Shown here: in pieces, positions 1 through 10,696 of the stretch
Layout of the letters: every line of letters begins with the position of its first letter
How positions within the stretch are numbered: the first letter of the stretch is position 1
DNA from: the human T2T-CHM13v2.0 reference genome, Homo sapiens
Strand: one strand, 5' to 3'
DNA: 64,000 bases
Assembly: GCF_009914755.1 (NCBI RefSeq)
Contig: NC_060948.1
Program-made: the position numbers and the translations under genes
Notes under the pieces: generated by a model
The model's input: the letters and a program-made list of their open reading frames with translations, nothing else
Databases searched by the model: none
What the model was told of the DNA's origin: nothing

Positions 1-325
1 GTAATGAACTTTAATGGAATGTACTCGAATGGATTCGACTGGAATGGAATGTTGTGGAAGTGAATGGACTCCAATGGAATGGATTCAAAAGGAATGGAAT
101 CGTACGGAATGGAATCTAATGGAATGGAATTAAATGGAAATGAATCAAATTGAATAGCATGGAATTGAATTGAATGGAATCGAATGCAATGGAATCTAAT
201 GAAACGGAAAGGAAAGGAATGGAATGGAATGGAATGGGCTGGAATGGAAAGGAATCGAAACGAATGGAATGGAATCGAACTGAAGAGACTGGAATGGAAT
301 GCACTGGAATGGAAGGGAGTGTAAT

Positions 326-340
326 GGAAGGTTCTCGAAA
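326..340. promoter_or_regulatory. Perfect three-pentamer heat-shock element (nGAAnnTTCnnGAAn), present in all 18 units
   Basis: gGAAggTTCtcGAAa matches the HSF consensus exactly. Seen at the equivalent position in every unit (e.g. 3900, 7458, 60786). Binding is not shown. Confidence 0.55.
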
Positions 341-1351
341 AAAATGGAATCGAATGGAATGGAATTGAATGCAACGGAATAGAGTCGAATGGAATTGAAT
401 GGAATGGAATGGACTAGAGTGAAATGGAATCGAACCACAAGGAATGGACAGGAATAGAATGGTCTCGAATTGAATGGAATCGTATGGAATGGCATCAAAC
501 GGAATGGAATGGACAGCCACGGAATGGAATGCACTCGAATGCAATGGAGTCGAAACTAATGGACTGGAATAGAATGGACTCGACTGGTACGGACTCCAAT
601 GGAATGGAATCGAATGGAAGGGAATCGAACGGAATGGACTCGAAGGGAAAAGACTGCAATGGAAAGGTCTCGAATGGAATGGAAATAAATGGAATGGAAT
701 GGAATCGAATGAAATGGAGTCAAAAGGAATGGAATCGAATGGCAAGAAATCGAATGTAATGGAATCGCAAGGAATTGATGTGAACGGAACGGAATGGAAT
801 GGAATCCAAAGGAATGGAATAGAATGGAATGGAATCGAATGGAAAGGACTCGAATGGAAATCACTCGAATAGAATGCAATTTAATAAAATAGGACCAAAT
901 GTAATGGAATGGAATGGAAAGGAATCGAAACGAAAGGAATGGAGACAGATGGAATGGAATGGAACAGAGAGCAATGGTATAGAGTGGAATGGAATCATCT
1001 GGAATGGAATTGAATGGAATGGAATAATATGAAATGGAATGGAATGGAATGGAATGGAATGCCCTTGAATTAAATGGACTGGAATGGAATGGACTCGAAC
1101 AGAGTGGAATGGAAAGTGTTGAGATAGAATGGAATGGACTCGTTTGGAATGGTCTAGTAGGCAATGCAATCGACTGGCAGGGAATCAAAAGGAATGTAAT
1201 CGAATGGATTGGATTGGAATGCAATGGACTCGAATAGATTGCAAACGGAATGCAAAGGAATGGAATGGAATAGTATGGAATGGAATGGAAAGGAATGGAG
1301 TGGAATAGACTAGAGTGGAATGGAATGGACTGGAAAGAAATGGACTGGAAT

Positions 1352-1366
1352 GGAACTTTCTTGAAT
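1352..1366. promoter_or_regulatory. Second perfect heat-shock element per unit
   Basis: gGAActTTCttGAAt. Intact in 15 of 18 units; broken in units 6, 8 and 17. Confidence 0.5.
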
Positions 1367-2829
1367 GGACAGGAATCAAACGGAATGGAATGCAATGCAA
1401 TCAAATGGCATGGAATAAAATAGAATGAAAGAGAATCAAATGGAATTGAATCGAATGGAATCGAATGGATTGGAAAGGAATAGAATGGAATGGAATGGAA
1501 TTGACTCAAATGGAATGGACTAGAATGGAATGGATTCGAATGGAAGGCAAAGGAATGGAATCTATTGGAATGGACTGTAATGGAATGGAATGGAAGGGAT
1601 TGGAATGGACTCGAATGGAATGGACTGCAATAGAAAGGATTCGAATGGAATGAAAAAGAATTGAATGGAATAGAACAGAATGGAATCAAATCGAATGAAA
1701 TGGAATGGAATAGAAAGGAATGGAATGAAATGGAATGGAAAGGATTCGAATGGAATGCAATCGAATGGAATGGAATCGAACGGAATGGAATAAAATGGAA
1801 GAAAACTGGCAAGAAATGGAATCGAAATGAATGGAGTGTTATGGAACGGACTCAAAAGGAATTGAATGTAATAGAATGGAGTGGAGTGGACTCGAATATA
1901 ATGGACTGGAATGGAATGAAATCACATGGAATGGGAACGAATGGAATGGAATGGAAAGGAATGGAATCGAATGGAAAGGAATCGAATAGAAGGGAATGAA
2001 ATTGAATCAACAGGAATGGAAGGGAATAGAATAGACGGTAATGGAATGGACTCGAATTGAATGGACACGAATGCTGAAATTGAATGGACTCGAATGGAAT
2101 GGAAACGAAAGGAATGTCATCGAATGGAATTGAATCGATTGGAATGAAATCGCATAGAATGGAGTGGAATCAAATGGAATTGAATCGAAAGGAAAGGAAG
2201 CGAATGGACTGAAACGAAATGGAATGGAATTGAATGGAAAGTAATGCAATGGAATAGAATGGAACGAAATTTCACGGAATGGAATCAAACTGAATGGAAT
2301 CAAATCAATGGAATCTAATCAAATGGAATGGAAAGGAATTGAATGGAGTAGATTGTATTGGATGGGATTGGAATGAAATGTACTGGAAAGGACTCGAATT
2401 TCATGAAACGGAATGGAATGAATTGGAACGGAATGGACTCGAATGGAATGGAATGTCATGGAATGGCATCAAATGGAATGGCATCAAATGGAATGGAATC
2501 GAATGCAATGGAATGCTATGGAATGGAATGGAATGCATTGGAATGGAATGTCCTCTAATGGAATGGATTCGAGTGGAATGGAATCGAATATAATGGAGTC
2601 GAATGAAATGGAATTGAAAGGAATGGGATCGAATACAATGGAATATACTGGAATGTAATGTAATGAACTCGAATGTAATTGACTGGAATGGAATGTACAT
2701 GAATGGAATGTAATCGAATGGAAAGTAATCCAATGGAATAGAATCTAATGCAATAAAATCGACTCAGATAGAGTAGCATGTAATGGAATGGAGTGCAGTG
2801 CAATGGAATGGAATGGAATGGAATGCAAT

Positions 2830-2879
2830 GGAATGGAATGGAATGGAATGGAATGGAATGGAATGGAATGGAATGGAAT
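2830..2879 (+). repeat. Pure (GGAAT)n tract within each unit; variable copy number
   Basis: Ten perfect GGAAT copies in unit 1. The equivalent tract differs in length between units. Confidence 0.9.
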
Positions 2880-3205
2880 GGGATGGAATGGTATGGAATG
2901 GATAGTAATGGACTGGAGTGAAATGGACTGGAAAGGAATGGACTCAAATTGAAAGGGCTCGAAAGGAATGGAGTCAAATGGAATGGTCTGGAATGGAATG
3001 AACACGAATGTAATGCAATCCAATAGAATGGAATCGAATGGCATGGAATATAAAGAAATGGAATCGGAGAGAATGGAAACAAATGGAATGGAATTGAATG
3101 GAATGGAATTGAATGGAATGGGAACGAATGGAGTGAAATTGTATGCAGTAGAAGGGAATAGAATGGAATGCAAGCAAAAGGAAAGGAATGGATTGGAATG
3201 GAATG

Positions 3206-3249
3206 GAATTCATTGGAATGGAAGGGAATGTAGTGTAATGGACAGGCCT
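3206..3249. other. Diagnostic EcoRI (GAATTC, 3206-3211) and HaeIII/StuI (AGGCCT, 3244-3249) sites, once per unit
   Basis: Read directly and conserved in all 18 units. Digestion would release the classical ~3.5-kb male-specific band. Confidence 0.9.
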
Positions 3250-3574
3250 GGAATAAAGTGGAATGCTACGGTCTCGAATGGAATAAAAATGTATGGAATG
3301 GAATGCAATGAAACGGAATCGAATGTCATAGAATGTAATGGAATGCAACAAAATGGAATCCAATATCATTGACTGGAAAGGCTGGGTGTCGAAAGGAATT
3401 GACTCCAATGGAATGGAATCGAATGGAATGGAAGTGAATAGAATCGAACTAAATCGAATGGAATGGAATTGATAGGAACGGAATGGAAAGGAATGCAATG
3501 ATTTGGCATGGAATGGAATCGAATGGCATCGAATGGAATGGAATGGAATGCAATGGAATGGAATGTATTAGAAT

Positions 3575-6500
3575 GGAATGAACTTTAATGGAATGTACTC
3601 GAATGGATTCGACTGGAATGGAATGTTCTGGAAGTGAATGGACTCCAATGGAATGGATTCCAAAGGAATGGAATCGTACGGAATGGAATCTAATGGAATG
3701 GAATTAAATGGAAATGAATCAAATTGAATAGCACGGAATTGAATTGAATGGAATGGAATGCAATGGAATCTAATGAAACGGAAAGGAAAGGAATGGAATG
3801 GAATGGAATGGGCTGGAATGGAAAGGAATCGAAACGAATGGAATGGAATCGAACTGAAGAGACTGGAATGGAATGCACTGGAATGGAAGGGAGTGTAATG
3901 GAAGGTTCTCGAAAAAAATGGAATCGAATGGAATGGAATTGAATGGAACGGAATAGAGTCGAATGGAATTGAATGGAATGGAATGGACTAGAGTGAAATG
4001 GAATCGAACCACAAGGAATGGACAGGAATAGAATGGTCTCGAATTGAATGGAATCGTATGGAATGGCATCAAACGGAATGGAATGGACAGCCACGGAATG
4101 GAATGCACTCGAATGCAATGGAGTCGAAACTAATGGACTGGAATAGAATGGACTCGACTGGTACGGACTCCAATGGAATGGATTCGAATGGAAGGGAATC
4201 GAACGGAATGGACTCGAAGGGAAAAGACTGCAATGGAAAGGTCTCGAATGGAATGGAAATTAATGGAATGGAATGGAATCGAATGAAATGGAGTCAAAAG
4301 GAATGGAATCGAATGGCAAGAAATCGAATGTAATGGAATCGCAAGGAATTGATGTGAACGGAACGGAATGGAATGGAATCCAAAGGAATGGAATAGAATG
4401 GAATGGAATCGAATGGAAAGGACTCGAATGGAAATCACTCGAATAGAATGCAATTTAATAAAATAGGATCAAATGTAATGGAATGGAATGGAAAGGAATC
4501 GAAACGAAAGGAATGGAGACAGATGGAATGGAATGGAACAGAGAGCAATGGTATAGAATGGAATGGAATCATCTGGAATGGAATTGAATGGAATGGAATA
4601 ATATGAAATGGAATGGAATGGAATGGAATGGAATGCCCTTGAATTAAATGGACTGGAATGGAATGGACTCGAACAGAGTGGAATGGAAAGTGTTGAGATA
4701 GAATGGAATGGACTCCTTTGGAATGGTGTAGTATGCAATGCAATCGACTGGCAGGGAATCAAAAGGAATGTAATCGAATGGAATGGACTGGAATGCAATG
4801 GACTCGAATAGATTGGAAACGGAATGCAAAGGAATGGAATGGAATAGTATGGAATGGAATGGAAAGGAATGGAGTGGAATAGACTAGAGTGGAATGGAAT
4901 GGACTGGAAAGCAATGGACTGGAATGGAACTTTCTTGAATGGACTGGAATCAAACGGAATGGAATGCAATGCAATCAAATGGCATGGAATAAATTAGAAT
5001 GAAGAAAATGAAATGGAATTGAATCGAATGGAATCGAATGGATTGGAAAGGAATAGAATGGAATGGAATGGAATTGACTCAAATGGAATGGACTAGAATG
5101 GAATGGATTCGAATGGAAGGCAAAGGAATGGAATCTATTGGAATGGACTGTAATGGAATGGAATGGAAGGGATTGGAATGGACTCGAATGGAATGGACTG
5201 CAATAGAAAGGATTCGAATGGAATGAAAAAGAATTGAATGGAATAGAACAGAATGGAATCAAATCGAATGAAATGGAATGGAATAGAAAGGAATGGAATG
5301 AAATGGAATGGAAAGGATTCGAATGGAATGCAATCGAATGGAATGGAATCGAACGGAATGGAATAAAATGGAAGAAAACTGGCAAGAAATGGAATCGAAA
5401 TGAATGGAGTGTTATGGAACGGACTCAAAAGGAATTGAATGTAATAGAATGGAGTGGAGTGGACTCGAATATAATGGACTGGAATGGAATGAAATCACAT
5501 GGAATGGGAACGAATGGAATGGAAAGGAATGGAATCGAATGGAAAGGAATCGAATGGAAGGGAATGAAATTGAATCAACAGGAATGGAAGGGAATAGAAT
5601 AGACGGTAATGGAATGGACTCGAATAGAATGGACACGAATGCTCAAATTGAATGGACTCGAATGGAATGGAAACGAAAGGAATGTCATCGAATGGAATTG
5701 AATCGATTGGAATGAAATCGCATAGAATGGAGTGGAATCAAATGGAATTGAATCGAAAGGAAAGGAAGCGAATGGACTGAAACGAAATGGAATGGAATTG
5801 AATGGAAAGTAATGCAATGGAATAGAATGGAACGAAATTTCACGGAATGGAATCAAACTGAATGGAATCAAATCAATGGAATCAAATCAAATGGAACGGA
5901 AAGGAATTGAATGGAGTAGATTGGATTGGATGGGATTGGAATGAAATGTACTGGAAAGGACTCGAATTTCATGAAATGGAATGGAATGAATTGGAACGGA
6001 ATGGACTCGAATGGAATGGAATGTCATGGAATGGCATCAAATGGAATGGCATCAAATGGAATGGAATCGAATGCAATGGAATGCTATGGAATGGAATGGA
6101 ATGCATTGGAATGGAATGTCCTCTAATGGAATGGATTCGAGTGGAATGGAATCGAATATAATGGAGTCGAATGAAATGGAATTGAAAGGAATGGGATCGA
6201 ATAGAATGGAATATACTGGAATGTAATGTAATGAACTCGAATGTAATTGACTGGAATGGAATGTACATGAATGGAATGTAATCGAATGGAAAGTAATCCA
6301 ATGGAATAGAATCTAATGCAATAAAACCGACTCAGATAGAGTAGAATGTAATGGAATGGAGTGCAGTGCAATGGAAGGGAATGGAATTGAATGCAATAGA
6401 ATGGAATGGAATGGAATGGAATGGAATGGAATGGAATGGGATGGAATGGTATGGAATGGATAGTAATGGACTGGAGTGAAATGGACTGGAAAGGAATGGA

Positions 6501-7132
6501 CTCAAATTGAAAGGGCTCGAAAGGAATGGAGTCAAATGGAATGGTCTGGAATGGAATGAACACGAATGTAATGCAATCCAATAGAATGGAATCGAATGGC
6601 ATGGAATATAAAGAAATGGAATCGAAGAGAATGGAAACAAATGGAATGGAAGTGAGTGGAATGGAATTGAATGGAATGGGAACGAATGGAGTGAAATTGT
6701 ATGCAGTAGAAGAGAATAGAATGGAATGCAAGCGAAAGGAAAGGAATGGATTGGAATGGAATGGAATTCATTGGAATGGAAGGGAATGTAGTGTAATGGA
6801 CAGGCCTGGAATAAAGTGGAATGCTACGGTCTCGAATGGAATAAAAATGTATGGAATGGAATGCAATGAAACGGAATCGAATGTCATAGAATGTAATGGA
6901 ATGCAAAAAAATGGAATCCAAAATCATTGACTGGAAAGGCTGGGTGTCGAAAGGAATTGACTCCAATGGAATGGAATCGAATGGAATGGAAGTGAATAGA
7001 ATCGAACTAAATCGAATGGAATGGAATTGATAGGAACGGAATGGAAAGGAATGCAATGATTTGGCACGGAATGGAATCGAATGGCATCGAATGGAATGGA
7101 ATGGAATGCAATGGAATGGAACGTATTAGAAT
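3575..7132 (+). repeat. DYZ1 unit 2 (3558 bp)
   Basis: Anchor at 3575 and 7133. Carries a 1-bp deletion near 5003 (GAAGAAAATGAAA). Confidence 0.9.
3620..3634. promoter_or_regulatory. Third (polymorphic) heat-shock element per unit
   Basis: gGAAtgTTCtgGAAg in 11 units; the TTG allele (no element) in 7 units, including unit 1 near position 52. Confidence 0.45.
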
Positions 7133-10100
7133 GTAATGAACTTTAATGGAATGTACTCGAATGGATTCGACTGGAATGGAATGTTGTGGAAGTGAATGGA
7201 CTCCAATGGAATGGATTCAAAAGGAATGGAATCGTACGGAATGGAATCTAATGGAATGGAATTAAATGGAAATGAATCAAATTGAATAGCATGGAATTGA
7301 ATTGAATGGAATCGAATGCAATGGAATCTAATGAAACGGAAAGGAAAGGAATGGAATGGAATGGAATGGGCTGGAATGGAAAGGAATCGAAACGAATGGA
7401 ATGGAATCGAACTGAAGAGACTGGAATGGAATGCACTGGAATGGAAGGGAGTGTAATGGAAGGTTCTCGAAAAAAATGGAATCGAATGGAATGGAATTGA
7501 ATGCAACGGAATAGAGTCGAATGGAATTGAATGGAATGGAATGGACTAGAGTGAAATGGAATCGAACCACAAGGAATGGACAGGAATAGAATGGTCTCGA
7601 ATTGAATGGAATCGTATGGAATGGCATCAAACGGAATGGAATGGACAGCCACGGAATGGAATGCACTCGAATGCAATGGAGTCGAAACTAATGGACTGGA
7701 ATAGAATGGACTCGACTGGTACGGACTCCAATGGAATGGAATCGAATGGAAGGGAATCGAACGGAATGGACTCGAAGGGAAAAGACTGCAATGGAAAGGT
7801 CTCGAATGGAATGGAAATAAATGGAATGGAATGGAATCGAATGAAATGGAGTCAAAAGGAATGGAATCGAATGGCAAGAAATCGAATGTAATGGAATCGC
7901 AAGGAATTGATGTGAACGGAACGGAATGGAATGGAATCCAAAGGAATGGAATAGAATGGAATGGAATCGAATGGAAAGGACTCGAATGGAAATCACTCGA
8001 ATAGAATGCAATTTAATAAAATAGGACCAAATGTAATGGAATGGAATGGAAAGGAATCGAAACGAAAGGAATGGAGACAGATGGAATGGAATGGAACAGA
8101 GAGCAATGGTATAGAGTGGAGTGGAATCATCTGGAATGGAATTGAATGGAATGGAATAATATGAAATGGAATGGAATGGAATGGAATGGAATGCCCTTGA
8201 ATTAAATGGACTGGAATGGAATGGACTCGAACAGAGTGGAATGGAAAGTGTTGAGATAGAATGGAATGGACTCGTTTGGAATGGTCTAGTAGGCAATGCA
8301 ATCGACTGGCAGGGAATCAAAAGGAATGTAATCGAATGGATTGGACTGGAATGCAATGGACTCGAATAGATTGCAAACGGAATGCAAAGGAATGGAATGG
8401 AATAGTATGGAATGGAATGGAAAGGAATGGAGTGGAATAGACTAGAGTGGAATGGAATGGACTGGAAAGAAATGGACTGGAATGGAACTTTCTTGAATGG
8501 ACAGGAATCAAACGGAATGGAATGCAATGCAATCAAATGGCATGGAATAAAATAGAATGAAAGAGAATCAAATGGAATTGAATCGAATGGAATCGAATGG
8601 ATTGGAAAGGAATAGAATGGAATGGAATGGAATTGACTCAAATGGAATGGACTAGAATGGAATGGATTCGAATGGAAGGCAAACGAATGGAATCTATTGG
8701 AATGGACTGTAATGGAATGGAATGGAAGGGATTGGAATGGACTCGAATGGAATGGACTGCAATAGAAAGGATTCGAATGGAATGAAAAAGAATTGAATGG
8801 AATAGAACAGAATGGAATCAAATCGAATGAAATGGAATGGAATAGAAAGGAATGGAATGAAATGGAATGGAAAGGATTCGAATGGAATGCAATCGAATGG
8901 AATGGAATCGAACGGAATGGAATAAAATGGAAGAAAACTGGCAAGAAATGGAATCGAAATGAATGGAGTGTTATGGAACGGACTCAAAAGGAATTGAATG
9001 TAATAGAATGGAGTGGAGTGGACTCGAATATAATGGACTGGAATGGAATGAAATCACATGGAATGGGAACGAATGGAATGGAATGGAAAGGAATGGAATC
9101 GAATGGAAAGGAATCGAATAGAAGGGAATGAAATTGAATCAACAGGAATGGAAGGGAATAGAATAGACGGTAATGGAATGGACTCGAATTGAATGGACAC
9201 GAATGCTGAAATTGAATGGACTCGAATGGAATGGAAACGAAAGGAATGTCATCGAATGGAATTGAATCGATTGGAATGAAATCGCATAGAATGGAGTGGA
9301 ATCAAATGGAATTGAATCGAAAGGAAAGGAAGCGAATGGACTGAAACGAAATGGAATGGAATTGAATGGAAAGTAATGCAATGGAATAGAATGGAACGAA
9401 ATTTCACGGAATGGAATCAAACTGAATGGAATCAAATCAATGGAATCTAATCAAATGGAATGGAAAGGAACTGAATGGAGTAGATTGGATTGGATGGGAT
9501 TGGAATGAAATGTACTGGAAAGGACTCGAATTTCATGAAACGGAATGGAATGAATTGGAACGGAATGGACTCGAATGGAATGGAATGTCATGGAATGGCA
9601 TCAAATGGAATGGCATCAAATGGAATGGAATCGAATGCAATGGAATGCTATGGAATGGAATGGAATGCATTGGAATGGAATGTCCTCTAATGGAATGGAT
9701 TCGAGTGGAATGGCATCGAATATAACGGAGTCGAATGAAATGGAATTGAAAAGAATGGGATCGAATACAATGGAATATACTGGAATGTAATGTAATGAAC
9801 TCGAATGTAATTGACTGGAATGGAATGTACATGAATGGAATGTAATCGAATGGAAAGTAATCCAATGGAATAGAATCTAATGCAATAAAATCGACTCAGA
9901 TAGAGTAGAATGTAATGGAATGGAGTGCAGTGCAATGGAATGGAATGGAATGGAATGCAATGGAATGGAATGGAATGGAATGGAATGGAATTTAATGGAA
10001 TGGGATGGAATGGTATGGAATGGATAGTAATGGACTGGAGTGAAATGGACTGGAAAGGAATGGACTCAAATTGAAAGGGCTCGAAAGGAATGGAGTCAAA

Positions 10101-10696
10101 TGGAATGGTCTGGAATGGAATGAACACGAATGTAATGCAATCCAATAGAATGGAATCGAATGGCATGGAATATAAAGAAATGGAATCGAAGAGAATGGAA
10201 ACAAATGGAATGGAATTGAATGGAATGGAATTGAATGGAATGGGAACGAATGGAGTGAAATTGTATGCAGTAGAAGGGAATAGAATGGAATGCAAGCGAA
10301 AGGAAAGGAATGGATTGGAATGGAATGGAATTCATTGGAATGGAAGGGAATGTAGTGTAATGGACAGGCCTGGAATAAAGTGGAATGCTACGGTCTCGAA
10401 TGGAATAAAAATGTATGGAATGGAATGCAATGAAACGGAATCGAATGTCATAGAATGTAATGGAATGCAAAAAAATGGAATCCAAAATCATTGACAGGAA
10501 AGGCTGGGTGTCGAAAGGAATTGACTCCAATGGAATGGAATCGAATGGAATGGAAGTGAATAGAATCGAACTAAATCGAATGGAATGGAATTGATAGGAA
10601 CGGAATGGAAAGGAATGCAATGATTTGGCATGGAATGGAATCGAATGGCATCGAATGGAATGGAATGGAATGCAATGGAATGGAATGTATTAGAAT
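7133..10696 (+). repeat. DYZ1 unit 3 (3564 bp)
   Basis: Anchor at 7133 and 10697. Confidence 0.9.

Larger units (their letters stand above)
1..3574 (+). repeat. DYZ1 unit 1 (3574 bp; arbitrary phase anchored on G(T/G)AATGAACTTTAATGG)
   Basis: Anchor motif at 1 and again at 3575. Confidence 0.9.

Noticed and set aside
883-888. AATAAA poly(A)-signal hexamers (also near 1414, 1789, 2752, 3252 and 3282)
   Set aside because: They arise easily from GAATGGAA by G>A changes. I see no downstream GU/U-rich element and have no transcript evidence.
2311-2321. GAATCTAATCA, a near match to the DUX4 motif TAAYYYAATCA
   Set aside because: It mismatches the conserved first T, is present in only some units, and is expected by chance in AATC-rich satellite.
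2641-2750. Possible internal sub-repeat (TGTAATGAACT here and at the unit start; TGGCAAGAAAT at 740 and 1807)
   Set aside because: The matches are short, their spacings are inconsistent (~0.9 versus ~1.07 kb), and by eye they cannot be separated from pentamer background.
2800-2880. (TGGAA)n resembling the SCA31 repeat expansion and its poly-WNGME product
   Set aside because: Pure tracts are only about 11 copies or fewer and sit inside an ordinary HSat3 higher-order repeat, with no unique flanking gene sequence.
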